A stretch of DNA of 64,000 nt from Clostridia bacterium. GTDB lineage: Bacteria > Bacillota > Clostridia > UMGS1883. Under the pieces are notes generated by a model. It saw only the letters and a list, made by a program, of their open reading frames with translations, did no database searches and was not told the DNA's origin. The position numbers were made by a program, and so were the translations under genes. Below are positions 9,143 through 18,788 of this stretch, piece after piece. Within the stretch, counting starts at the first letter, position 1. Every line of letters starts with the position of its first letter. The stretch covers positions 2,938-66,937 of the forward strand of contig JAFQQD010000036.1 in assembly GCA_017411435.1 (NCBI GenBank), given 5' to 3'.

Positions 9143-9763
9143 TTATTTACAACGCACAATGAGTTCACCTTTCACGCCGTTTGGTGCATATGCCGAAACG
9201 ACAGCCTTACCCTTGCCAATTACCTGAAGGTTTCCGTCTTTGTCAACTCTGACAACATCTTTTTTATCACATTCCCACTCGATAGCATCCTTGGAATCTG
9301 AAGGGGTTATGTATGCAATAAGCTGATATGATTTTCCGGACGCAAGTGTTACATCATTCTTGCCGCCGGCACGCACACCAACAACAATTTCTGTAATATC
9401 CGACTTCTCATTACGAACGCGCACAAGGTTTCCGTCTTTATCAGTATAGTCACCATTTCCGTCAACAATTACGCCTACATGAACATACGCCTTTTCTCCG
9501 CGCGCAGTAACCGTTGTGATACCGTTTCCTACAGCAGAGACGGTTCCTTCCGGAGAAACTACCACAACAGATTCATCGTTACTTGACCATGTAAGGTCCT
9601 CTTCTTTTGTTTGCTTTACCTTTATAGTATAACTTTCGTCTTTTTTCATACGGACATGCTTTTCCTTTACGGATATGCTGTTTTCACTACTGCAGGAGCA
9701 TAATACTGCCACGAGCGTCATAACAGCAGCCAAAAAAATCAGCTTTTTCTTCATAAAATTCAT
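9143..9763 (-). CDS. Lipoprotein with two bacterial Ig-like (Big_2) domains.
   Basis: The signal peptide is MNFMKKKLIFLAAVMTLVAVLCSCSS, with a lipobox-like Cys. The Big_2 signatures are ITTVTARGEKAY and GKGKAVVSAYAPNGVKGEL. Confidence 0.7.
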   Translation of the reverse strand: MNFMKKKLIFLAAVMTLVAVLCSCSSENSISVKEKHVRMKKDESYTIKVKQTKEEDLTWSSNDESVVVVSPEGTVSAVGNGITTVTARGEKAYVHVGVIVDGNGDYTDKDGNLVRVRNEKSDITEIVVGVRAGGKNDVTLASGKSYQLIAYITPSDSKDAIEWECDKKDVVRVDKDGNLQVIGKGKAVVSAYAPNGVKGELIVRCK

Positions 9764-9858
9764 CCCCTTTGTAGAATATAGATATTCTTATATATACTAT
9801 ATCACTTTTTTTATCTTTTTTCAACACTTTCAGGTAATTTTGTTGTAAAAATTAAAAA

Positions 9859-9899
9859 GTAGGACAGGGGGTTGGATAACCCCTGCCCTACTTTATTTT
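9859..9899. terminator. Bidirectional hairpin terminator.
   Basis: Stem gtaggacagggg, a 9-nt loop, stem cccctgccctac. T-runs are present on both strands. Confidence 0.55.
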
Positions 9900-9973
9900 G
9901 AATATTGCTTTTGTTATTCCTGTTAAAAATTTCGGAAGTTTCATAACAACTACTTTCAATTAAAGCCCCCCTA

Positions 9974-10123
9974 TCAAATTCGAATCATCGTGCAGCCCAA
10001 AACTATGATCAAGAACCCTTCTATTACCGCAAGGAGCCATGTGGGAAGAATCAATGCGGTAAAAATCCCTGCTATGTAGGCAAGGGTAAAAAGTCCGCAC
10101 GGACGGCAATATCTTTTTTTCAA
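9974..10123 (-). CDS. Candidate 49-aa membrane microprotein with a TTG start. It is not in the ORF track.
   Basis: Starting from TTG, the frame gives KKRYCRPCGLFTLAYIAGIFTALILPTWLLAVIEGFLIIVLGCTMIRI, which has two hydrophobic helices. GAGGGGG lies 9 nt upstream. The ORF sits between the polC terminator and a second terminator. Confidence 0.25.
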   Translation of the reverse strand: MKKRYCRPCGLFTLAYIAGIFTALILPTWLLAVIEGFLIIVLGCTMIRI

Positions 10124-10131
10124 AAATTATG

Positions 10132-10170
10132 CCCCCTCTCAATACCATTGTACGAGAGGGGGCTTTTTTT
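10132..10170. terminator. Hairpin terminator downstream of polC.
   Basis: Stem gccccctctc, a 13-nt loop, stem gagagggggc, then tttttttt. Confidence 0.6.
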
Positions 10171-10172
10171 TG

Positions 10173-13100
10173 TTACATCATTTCAAACATACTTACCTGT
10201 GCGCTTTGCGGAATTCCGTTAAAACAACCAAAGTTTTTCAAAAGTTCAATATGGGTTTCGCTGACACTCGTTCTCTGTTTGAAATCGTCAATTGAGAAGA
10301 ATTTTCCGTGTTCACGGGCATCGGCAATTGACTGTGCCGCACGGTCACCCATTCCGGCGATACTGTTAAGTGCCGGAAGTATCTTCCCATTTATATTAAG
10401 GTATTTTGTCGGATGTGACAGGTAGATATCAATCGGCATAAACTCAATGCCTCGCGCATACATTTCATTTACTACTTCCATAATGGTAAGAGTAGCCTTA
10501 TCACGCGCTGAAGGATTTTCAAGCGAGCGGAGTTCGTGCATTTTGCGAAGAAGATTTTCCCTGCCAGTTGCCATTGTTTCGTAGTCAAATGTATCCGCAC
10601 GGACCGTATAATACGACTGATAGAAAGCAATTGGATGATGCACCTTGAAATATGCAACGCGAAGTGACATTGTAACATATGCAGCCGCATGGGCACGCGG
10701 GAACATATACTGGATTTTATTACACGACTCAATATACCACTCCGGGACATTGTGCTCACGCATCTCTGCCTCATCCTCGGGCTTGAGTTTTTTACCCTTA
10801 CGAACCTGCTCCATGATTTTGAAAGCTCTTTCCGGGGGAAGTTCGCGGTTTATTAGATAAATCATAATATCATCACGGCAACAAATCGCATTTCGAAGGG
10901 TGCATATTCCTTTTTGTACAAGCAATTGTGCGTTATTCGTCCAAACATCCGTACCGTGAGAAAGCCCGGAAATACGGACAAGCTCACCCATTGAAGTAGG
11001 TTTCGTATCCACAAGCATCTGGCGGACAAACTTTGTTCCAAATTCGGGAACGGCAAATGTACCCGTTTCGCTTCCTATATCTTCGGGTGTTACCCCGAGG
11101 GCTTCCGTATTCAGGAAAAGGCTCATTACCGCCTTGTCATCAAGAGGAATCTCTGTAGGGTCTATCCCTGTAAGGTCCTGAAGCATACGAATCATAGTGG
11201 GGTCATCGTGGCCGAGAATATCAAGTTTTAACAGGTTTTCATCAATACTGTGGTAATCAAAGTGAGTTGTTATAATACCGCTCTCCGCCTTTTCAGCAGG
11301 ATGCTGAATGGGCGTAAATTCGTGAATGTCGTGTCCTTTGGGCAGAACAATAACACCGCCGGGATGCTGTCCTGTCGTGGTTTTTACATTCATTATGCCT
11401 TTTTTAAGGCGCTCTACCTCGGCATTATGTACATATTCGCCTTTCTGTTCGAAATATTTTCTTACATAGCCGTATGCGGTTTTTTCTGCTACGGTACTTA
11501 CCGTTCCAGCACGGAAAACATAGCCTTTGCCGAATATTTCTTCTGTATATTTATGAGCGCTCGACTGGTTTTCGCCAGAGAAGTTAAGGTCGATATCAGG
11601 CTGTTTGTCGCCCTTGAATCCAAGGAAGGTTTCAAAGGGGATATTGTGACCGTCTTTCACATACGGAGTACCGCAGACAGGGCAGTTTTTATCGGGCATA
11701 TCGAGCCCCGAGTCATAACTTTCATCATTTGAAAATTCGCTATGTTTACAGGATGGGCATCTGTAATGCGGTTGCAGAGAATTAACCTCTGTAATCTGTG
11801 CGCAGTATGCCAAAAATGACGAGCCGACACTACCTCTTGAGCCTACGACATAGCCTTCTTCACGCGAGTGCTTAACAAGGAGCCTGGCGATGTTATAAAG
11901 GTCGGCGTAGCCGTTACCAATAACACTTTTAAGTTCTCGCTGAAGTCTGTCTTCAACAATGTCAGGCAGCGGGTTGCCATAAAGCCCCTCGGCAGTTTCG
12001 CGGGCAATACGCTCAATATCTTCCGCGCTCCCCTCGATTTTTGGTGGGAAATTCCCCTTGGGAACAGGGCGTATATTTTCAATCATATCGGCGATTTTAT
12101 TGGTGTTTGTAACAACAATTTCATACGCCTTTTCTTCGGGAAGGTACGAAAATTCGTCAAGCATTTCACGGGTTGTCCTGAAGTACAAAGGTGCCTGCAT
12201 ATCGGCATCCTGATAGCCCTGACCTGCCTGAAGAATACGGCGGAAGACCTCGTCACGCTTACGCAGAAAATGCACATCTCCCGTTGCTACAACAAGTTTT
12301 CCGAGTTTATCTCCGATATCTATAATCTTACGGTTAAGCTGGCAAAGTCCCTCGCGGTCAGCCACAGTGCCGTTGCGCACAAGATAGTCGTTGTTTCCTA
12401 TCGGCTGCACTTCAAGATAGTCATAATATGAAGCAATGCGCTCCAGTTCTTCGTCACTTTCTCCGTTCAAAACGGCACGGAAAAGCTCGCCTGCTTCACA
12501 AGCAGAGCCCAGAATAAGCCCTTCCCTGTGAGCGTCAAGAACATCTCGTGGAATGAGCGGTCTTTTATAGAAATACTCCAGATTGGAGGCACTTACAAGT
12601 TTATAAAGGTTCTTAAGTCCCGTGAGATTTTGCGCAAATATAATTATATGATAGCGTTTTGTCTCACGCGTAAGCGGGGAATCCTTTTCGATAAGATATC
12701 CCTCGCAACCGTAAAGTATCTTTATAGTTTCATCGGCAGTGTGGAATGCTTCGGGAAATGCCTGTACACATCCGTGGTCTGTTATCGCTATTGCCTTGTG
12801 ACCGTATTTTATCGCCTGTTTCACAAGGTCCTTTGCGCTGACAACGGCATCCATTGCTGATGATTTTGTATGAGCGTGGAGCTCTACACGCTTTTCCTCG
12901 GCCTCGTCCTTTTCCTTCGGAAGCTCGTAGGGTATAATGTCACGCGCCATAACTGTAAGTTCGTGCGAGAAGTTATCCATCTCCGCCTTTCCGCGAAGAG
13001 CAACCACTCCTGTTTTTTTCAGCGCTTCCGTAACTTCCTCTGTTGCAGCGATGGGCACAAAGCATTTACAAGTAATTGAAGATGTATAGTCTGTTATGTA

Positions 13101-13799
13101 GAAAGAAACTATCGACTTCTTGATTTTTGTAATTTCTCTGGAATCTATTCCAAAAACCTCGCCGCAAATCATGCAGTTTCCTGTGTAATTGTCTATTTCC
13201 TTTATATTTATAAGGTCGTTTACGGGGAAAGGCTTGCCCATAAGAGCACCTTCCGATGCTACGGAAACAATTTTTTTAGGGGCAGGATTTTCCTTAGCTA
13301 TATAGACAGGTTCAAGCTTTTTTTCTACCGTCATTTCATCAACATCAAAAGCAACGGTTTTTTCGAGACCAAACCACTTCTTAAGATTTGCCGAAAGGTC
13401 TTTTCCAATACCCTCGCTTTCAGCAAGGTCAAGGTTTCCGTGACGCAAAAATACTGTAATCTTGTCCTTTTCACAACTTACAATACAGCTGTCGAGAATT
13501 GCACGCCAGAACGGATTCTGCAGCAAAAGAGAATCTATACAGTAATTAACGCAGTCGTTTTCATCTATTTTTTCCGCATCAAAAGAAAGATTCAGCGTAA
13601 AGTTGTGCAACTTATAGCTTTCCTTCACGCTCTTCACAAACTTTTCTACTTCACTATATTCAAATATTGTATCCGAGGTGGCGTCTGCGCTGATGGTTCG
13701 CTCGTTTGCGTCAGCTGAAATACCAAGTATTTTAGCATCAGACAAAGGAGCACTGCACTGCGCATTAGCGAAAGCCTCTCCCAAAGTGTAGTTTTGCAT
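10173..13799 (-). CDS. polC: DNA polymerase III PolC-type alpha subunit that lacks the intra-PHP 3'-5' exonuclease domain.
   Basis: The product is 1208 aa. The PHP start is HAHTKSS...ITDHG. PolC signatures present are GSRGSVGSSF, HPGGVIV, the zinc-finger-like motif CPSCKHSE...CPVCG, and the C-terminal FPRAHAAAYV. An OB-fold region lies near residues 190-290. Only about 17 aa separate the YGCEGY segment from HIIIFAQNLTGLKNL. Confidence 0.9.
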   Translation of the reverse strand: MQNYTLGEAFANAQCSAPLSDAKILGISADANERTISADATSDTIFEYSEVEKFVKSVKESYKLHNFTLNLSFDAEKIDENDCVNYCIDSLLLQNPFWRAILDSCIVSCEKDKITVFLRHGNLDLAESEGIGKDLSANLKKWFGLEKTVAFDVDEMTVEKKLEPVYIAKENPAPKKIVSVASEGALMGKPFPVNDLINIKEIDNYTGNCMICGEVFGIDSREITKIKKSIVSFYITDYTSSITCKCFVPIAATEEVTEALKKTGVVALRGKAEMDNFSHELTVMARDIIPYELPKEKDEAEEKRVELHAHTKSSAMDAVVSAKDLVKQAIKYGHKAIAITDHGCVQAFPEAFHTADETIKILYGCEGYLIEKDSPLTRETKRYHIIIFAQNLTGLKNLYKLVSASNLEYFYKRPLIPRDVLDAHREGLILGSACEAGELFRAVLNGESDEELERIASYYDYLEVQPIGNNDYLVRNGTVADREGLCQLNRKIIDIGDKLGKLVVATGDVHFLRKRDEVFRRILQAGQGYQDADMQAPLYFRTTREMLDEFSYLPEEKAYEIVVTNTNKIADMIENIRPVPKGNFPPKIEGSAEDIERIARETAEGLYGNPLPDIVEDRLQRELKSVIGNGYADLYNIARLLVKHSREEGYVVGSRGSVGSSFLAYCAQITEVNSLQPHYRCPSCKHSEFSNDESYDSGLDMPDKNCPVCGTPYVKDGHNIPFETFLGFKGDKQPDIDLNFSGENQSSAHKYTEEIFGKGYVFRAGTVSTVAEKTAYGYVRKYFEQKGEYVHNAEVERLKKGIMNVKTTTGQHPGGVIVLPKGHDIHEFTPIQHPAEKAESGIITTHFDYHSIDENLLKLDILGHDDPTMIRMLQDLTGIDPTEIPLDDKAVMSLFLNTEALGVTPEDIGSETGTFAVPEFGTKFVRQMLVDTKPTSMGELVRISGLSHGTDVWTNNAQLLVQKGICTLRNAICCRDDIMIYLINRELPPERAFKIMEQVRKGKKLKPEDEAEMREHNVPEWYIESCNKIQYMFPRAHAAAYVTMSLRVAYFKVHHPIAFYQSYYTVRADTFDYETMATGRENLLRKMHELRSLENPSARDKATLTIMEVVNEMYARGIEFMPIDIYLSHPTKYLNINGKILPALNSIAGMGDRAAQSIADAREHGKFFSIDDFKQRTSVSETHIELLKNFGCFNGIPQSAQVSMFEMM

Positions 13800-14845
13800 T
13801 ATAATTCCTCTATTTCCTTCAAAAGCTCATTTACAGCTCTTTCAATGGGGATTTTGCGTATTGTTTCACCGTTTTTGAATAAAAGTGCCTCTCCTTTTCC
13901 GCAGGCTATGCCAATGTCAGCCTCACGCGCTTCACCCGGGCCGTTTACGGCACAGCCCATAACGGCAACTTTAATGTCTTTTTCTACTGCTGATATTTTT
14001 TCGCTTATTTCATTGGCAATGGGAATCATATCAACCTGACATCTGCCACAGGTAGGACAACTTACAAACTGAACTCCTCTGCGCAAATTAAGTGCACGGA
14101 GAATTTCAATACCTGCAACAACTTCCCGAGCAGGCTGAGCAGTAAGCGAAACGCGAAGGGTATCGCCTATTCCGTCAAGCAGAAGACTTCCGATGCCAAT
14201 GCTGTTTTTTACAACACCGCCATATTCTGTCCCTGCCTCAGTCACTCCTATATGAAGGGGATAATCTATCATATCGGCGATTTTTCTGTACGCGCTGACG
14301 GTTGATTCTACGCTGCTGCTTTTTATAGAAAGAGCAATATCGTAAAATTTACAGTCCTCGAGAAGCTTTATATGCGAAAGTGCACTTTCACACAGGGCAT
14401 CGGGCGTAGGCGCACCGTATTTTTTAAGGAGCTCTTTTTCAAGCGAGCCTCCGTTTACGCCAATTCGTATAGGGATATTACGAGAGCCGCACTCGTCTGC
14501 AACCGCCTTTGCGCGGTCGGAAGAGCCAATGTTTCCGGGGTTAATGCGGATTTTGTCCACACCTCCGCGAGCACACTCAAGTGCAAGTCTGTAATCAAAA
14601 TGAATGTCAGCTACGAGGGGGATTTCTACCTGTTTTTTAATCTCGGCTACTGCCTTTGCCGCAGTCATATCGGGAACTGCAAGTCGTACTATATCACAGC
14701 CGGCAAGTGTAAGTTCCTTTATCTGAGAAACTGTTGATTTGATGTCGCGGGTGTCAGTATTGCACATGGATTGCACGCTTATGGGTGCCCCTCCGCCTAC
14801 TAAAACATTGCCTATCTTTATTTGTCTTGAAGTGCGTCTTTTCAT
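13799..14845 (-). CDS. ispG: 4-hydroxy-3-methylbut-2-enyl diphosphate synthase (IspG/GcpE).
   Basis: The protein starts MKRRTSRQIKIGNVLVGGGAPISVQSMCNTDTRD. A C-terminal 4Fe-4S cysteine cluster reads CPTCGRC. Confidence 0.95.
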   Translation of the reverse strand: MKRRTSRQIKIGNVLVGGGAPISVQSMCNTDTRDIKSTVSQIKELTLAGCDIVRLAVPDMTAAKAVAEIKKQVEIPLVADIHFDYRLALECARGGVDKIRINPGNIGSSDRAKAVADECGSRNIPIRIGVNGGSLEKELLKKYGAPTPDALCESALSHIKLLEDCKFYDIALSIKSSSVESTVSAYRKIADMIDYPLHIGVTEAGTEYGGVVKNSIGIGSLLLDGIGDTLRVSLTAQPAREVVAGIEILRALNLRRGVQFVSCPTCGRCQVDMIPIANEISEKISAVEKDIKVAVMGCAVNGPGEAREADIGIACGKGEALLFKNGETIRKIPIERAVNELLKEIEEL

Positions 14846-14920
14846 AAAATCACCTTTTCAAATAAGTATAATTATTTTATCACAAAAACATGAACAGGTA
14901 AAGAGCAAATTTATTCAAAC

Positions 14921-15000
14921 AAAAAGAAGCGTGCCGCTTCACCCATTTCGCGTTCCTTCTGAATTTCAAGCCGACAAATGCTGCTCGCGAAAAAACACCC
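14921..15000 (+). repeat. Interspersed intergenic repeat, copy D.
   Basis: The sequence is aaaaagaagcgtgccgcttcacccatttcgcgttcc...gacaaatgctgctcgcgaaaaaac. Confidence 0.65.
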
Positions 15001-15019
15001 GATTTCCCGCACGAAAAAA

Positions 15020-15045
15020 CACGGTGGCATTGCCACCGTGTTTTA
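15020..15045. terminator. Terminator downstream of the SLH-protein gene.
   Basis: Stem cacggtgg, loop cattg, stem ccaccgtg, with flanking A- and T-runs. Confidence 0.6.
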
Positions 15046-15056
15046 GCTGCGCTTAT

Positions 15057-17858
15057 TTATTTTACGATATAAATAGCCTTTGCAGTGTTACTTACAGAAT
15101 CTGTCGAAATTACAATAATTTCGCTTGAGTTGCCAGCAGATATACTTATGTTATCGTACTTATAGTCTGTTTCTTCAAGGACAATATTTCCTTCTTCGTC
15201 AACTCTGTAAACATTTGTGCTGGAAGAAAGTTTGTATGTGAAGAGTTTTCCTTCTTCCTGCTTAGCAGCATCGTCATAAGATGAGCCCATTGCCTTAGTT
15301 ACACTCATTTGTGTAGTACCTATGATATCGAATGCTTCTGCATATCTGATTTTGAGTTCCCCAACATTTGATGTAACTGTGCTGAAGTACATATAGTCAT
15401 TATTGGGACCTGGTGAATAGAGCATGGAGTCAGCACTTGCATCGTAAACCATTTCGATAACAATTACACCTGTTGCATCTGTGATATAGCGGATGATATC
15501 GCCTTCTGATACATCTGCAAATTCTACAAGCGCATCGTCATCTGCAAATGATTTGAACTTATCCTCTGAAATAGTTACTGTATTTTTATTTGAAGTACCA
15601 TTTGCAAAACCTGTAATTTTCAAATTCGCTCTGTCAATATCTGTTACTACCATATAGGGAGATGTTGCAACAAAATCATATGCGGGGTCAACACCATAGA
15701 TAAGAACCATTGTAGGCTGTTTTGTTCTCTGTTCAGGATCTGCACCGAAGATTTTAACTTCACGGTCGCCTCCTCCTGCAAATGCCTTGGAAGGAGCCAT
15801 GATTGAGTATTCAGCGTCAGAAGTTCTGTTTTCAGGAACAAATATAACCATTGTGGATGATGAAACCTGATAAGCTGTTCCGCCTAACTTAACGCTGCTT
15901 CTGGTTGTAGCTGCTTCACCGCCGTCATTATAGATGAATGTATCATCACTATTTGAGCCGATTGCAGTTGCTTTTACATAGTTTCCGTCAGCATCTTTTT
16001 CTGCCTGTGCAGCGGTATCGATTGCTGCAAGCTCGCCGTCGTTAGTAATAATATATTTTACAGGCTGTGAGCATACTGCTTCTCCGTAAAGAGCCTGAGC
16101 AATTTCTTCAAGTTTTGCCTTTACATCATCATTATCAGTAGATACACCGTCAACTTTTACTTTACTCTTCATGGGAACAAATTCAAAAGTCTTGTCCTTC
16201 TTCATAAGGTTAACTGTATCTTTGTCTGCGTCAACGATATAACCAAGGTCATATTCGCTTGATGTTACGGGGTTGTAGTCAACTGCCGCAATCTGACCTG
16301 TGAAGTCAAGATAGTACTTGTAAGTGTCATTAAGCGCGAAAGGAGCCTTTCCGTTTCCTGAGAAGTCAGCATATTCATTAGTAAGGTAGTATTCTTTACT
16401 GTTGAGAATAACTTTTCTTACACTGTCAATAACTTCATTTACCTTGCCGTTGTATGACTTAGTTGTAACATACATCTTGCTTATGGGGTTACCGCCCACA
16501 CCTTCGGGAGATTCCATAAGATTAATAATATTGTAAGCACGAAGAGAAAGCGAGTCAAATTCTTTCTTTACGCCGTCAACATAAATGATGGGTTTCGCAT
16601 CTGTTGATGAGGGGAATGTGTAATAGCCGCCATCATACTTGAATGTAATCTTTCCTGAAGTTCTGTTGTAGCTGTCTACAGCATGAACTTCATAGCTTGT
16701 GACTTTAGCAAACTTCCTGCCTGATGTTTCAACAAGCTCAATCTTACCGTTTGTAAAGTTTGTATTGAAGTTTTCAATAATATCGCTGTTTGAAGGAATA
16801 TATTTTCCGTTATAGATAACAGTATAGTCTGAAAGAGAAAATGTTGAAATTTTCTTGTTTTCGTTATAGTACTTAACTATACCGTCCTCTACAGGACGAA
16901 TCAAAGAAGCCTCATCAATCAAAGTAATTTTGTTATTTGCCTTTGAAATGGATGTAAGCTGACGGTCAAGAGTATTGTAATACGCAGTTACGCCCTTACC
17001 GATAAGGTCTTCAAAATCAATGCTCTTTGCAAGTTCGGAAGAAAGCTCATAAGTTTCTTCGCCGTTTTCCACTGTTGTTATTTTGATTTCGTTAAGGCTG
17101 ATACCCGCATTTGTTGATTGAATGCCTGTATAGTAAGTACCTGAAACGATACCCTTTACTTCAACAACAGTCTTTTCTTCGTTTTCGCTTGAATCTCCCT
17201 TTTCAACTGTTCCGTCCTCATTCTGCTTAAGCGGAGGAACATCTAAAGCATTGCTTGTAAGAACTGCAACAACGCCTCTTGATGCAGGCTCGGAAATCTT
17301 AGCTGTAATTACACTCTTTGTAATACCGTGCTTGTTAGCTGCTGCGATGTAACCTGCAGACCATGTTGCACTGGGATTTGCAACAATAAGCTTGTTATAT
17401 TCGCTCTGTGCAACTATTTCATATCCAACTGCACAAACGAGCATTTTTACTGCCTGCTCATATGTAACAGGCTCACCTGCACGGAAAGTGCCGTCTTCAA
17501 AGCCGTTGATGATACCAAGATCAACTGCTGCTTTTACATAGGGGCGTGCCCATGCACGAGATTCATCGCTGTCAAGGTCAGAAAAGCCTGTTACTGCATC
17601 TGCGCCAAGCTCTCCTGCAACGCCCTTCATACGGGTTACAATAGCGGCAAATTCCGCTCTTGTGATCTGATTGTCCGGTCTGAAAGTACCGTCTTCATAG
17701 CCTGTGATGATGCCATTGGCAACAAGCTTGTTAACAGCCGTGTTAACCTTTTCATCTTCAATATCACTGAAATCCGCCGCAAATGTACTGATTGACATTG
17801 TTGATACAATCATTACAAAAGCAAGAATCAAAGTGACAATTCTTTTTGTTTTTTTCAT
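15057..17858 (-). CDS. Large surface protein with three N-terminal SLH domains.
   Basis: The signal peptide is MKKTKRIVTLILAFVMIVSTMSISTFA. SLH repeats include FSDIEDEKVNTAVNKLVANGIITGYEDGTFRPDNQITRAEFAAIV. The ribosome-binding site is GGAGAGG. The start was trimmed to aa 20 of the ORF-track call. Confidence 0.85.
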   Translation of the reverse strand: MKKTKRIVTLILAFVMIVSTMSISTFAADFSDIEDEKVNTAVNKLVANGIITGYEDGTFRPDNQITRAEFAAIVTRMKGVAGELGADAVTGFSDLDSDESRAWARPYVKAAVDLGIINGFEDGTFRAGEPVTYEQAVKMLVCAVGYEIVAQSEYNKLIVANPSATWSAGYIAAANKHGITKSVITAKISEPASRGVVAVLTSNALDVPPLKQNEDGTVEKGDSSENEEKTVVEVKGIVSGTYYTGIQSTNAGISLNEIKITTVENGEETYELSSELAKSIDFEDLIGKGVTAYYNTLDRQLTSISKANNKITLIDEASLIRPVEDGIVKYYNENKKISTFSLSDYTVIYNGKYIPSNSDIIENFNTNFTNGKIELVETSGRKFAKVTSYEVHAVDSYNRTSGKITFKYDGGYYTFPSSTDAKPIIYVDGVKKEFDSLSLRAYNIINLMESPEGVGGNPISKMYVTTKSYNGKVNEVIDSVRKVILNSKEYYLTNEYADFSGNGKAPFALNDTYKYYLDFTGQIAAVDYNPVTSSEYDLGYIVDADKDTVNLMKKDKTFEFVPMKSKVKVDGVSTDNDDVKAKLEEIAQALYGEAVCSQPVKYIITNDGELAAIDTAAQAEKDADGNYVKATAIGSNSDDTFIYNDGGEAATTRSSVKLGGTAYQVSSSTMVIFVPENRTSDAEYSIMAPSKAFAGGGDREVKIFGADPEQRTKQPTMVLIYGVDPAYDFVATSPYMVVTDIDRANLKITGFANGTSNKNTVTISEDKFKSFADDDALVEFADVSEGDIIRYITDATGVIVIEMVYDASADSMLYSPGPNNDYMYFSTVTSNVGELKIRYAEAFDIIGTTQMSVTKAMGSSYDDAAKQEEGKLFTYKLSSSTNVYRVDEEGNIVLEETDYKYDNISISAGNSSEIIVISTDSVSNTAKAIYIVK

Positions 17859-17963
17859 AATACCTCTCCTTTGCATCAGGCTTGAGGGTTGACCCTTAAG
17901 CCACGAACTGCACATATGTGCAATTATATTTTACATTGAAATTAATTTTAAGTCAATAGGTTA

Positions 17964-18776
17964 TTATTTTTTAATTGTGTAGTTTTTGGTTTTTCTGCGA
18001 TGTTTTTCCGAAAAATACGCCAAAGCGCAAATTCCTGCTATCACGCACACAAGCGCAATAATCTGCGAAACCCTCATCCCACCGATATAAAGGCTGTCTG
18101 AGCGCATTCCTTCGATAAAGAACCGTCCTACACCATACCACGACAGATAAGTAAAGAAAGTGTATCCGTAAAAAGGTCTTTTCTTATGAAGTTTCGACAA
18201 AATTATAAATCCCGCAAAATTCCACAGTGATTCATAAAGGAATGTAGGATGTACCGGGGCATTACCGTTTATACTCATCCCCCAGGGATAACTGCAGTAT
18301 CCGCCGTATGCTTCACAATTCACAAAATTTCCCCACCTGCCGATAAATTGTCCGATCATAAGTCCAAGACAGCAGATGTCAAAAATTTTAAGAACATTGA
18401 GTTTTTTTACCTTGCAGTAAATCCATGCAGTAAGGACTGCACCTATTACGGCACCGTAGATTGCAATTCCGCCTTCCCAGATTCTGAAAATGGAAGAAAG
18501 GTCATTTTTATAACTTTCCCACGAAAAAATAACATAATATGTACGGGCAAAAACAATTGACACGGGGAGCGCGTAGAGAACGATATCTGTTATCGTGTCA
18601 CTCTTCTCCCCTTCTTTTTTTGCAATATTACTGCAGTAGAGATACGCAAGAATTATTCCGCAGGCAATTATTATGCCATACCAGTGCACTCCGCCTAAAG
18701 GCGGGAAGCCAACTGCAACAGGGTCTATATCAAATGCTATATTAAGTTTGGGAAATGATATGTTATTCATGCTCAT
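17964..18776 (-). CDS. lgt: Prolipoprotein diacylglyceryl transferase.
   Basis: The 270-aa polytopic product has the Lgt signature GQFIGRWGNFVNCEAYGG. Confidence 0.9.
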   Translation of the reverse strand: MSMNNISFPKLNIAFDIDPVAVGFPPLGGVHWYGIIIACGIILAYLYCSNIAKKEGEKSDTITDIVLYALPVSIVFARTYYVIFSWESYKNDLSSIFRIWEGGIAIYGAVIGAVLTAWIYCKVKKLNVLKIFDICCLGLMIGQFIGRWGNFVNCEAYGGYCSYPWGMSINGNAPVHPTFLYESLWNFAGFIILSKLHKKRPFYGYTFFTYLSWYGVGRFFIEGMRSDSLYIGGMRVSQIIALVCVIAGICALAYFSEKHRRKTKNYTIKK

Positions 18777-18788
18777 ATTTCCTTTTAA

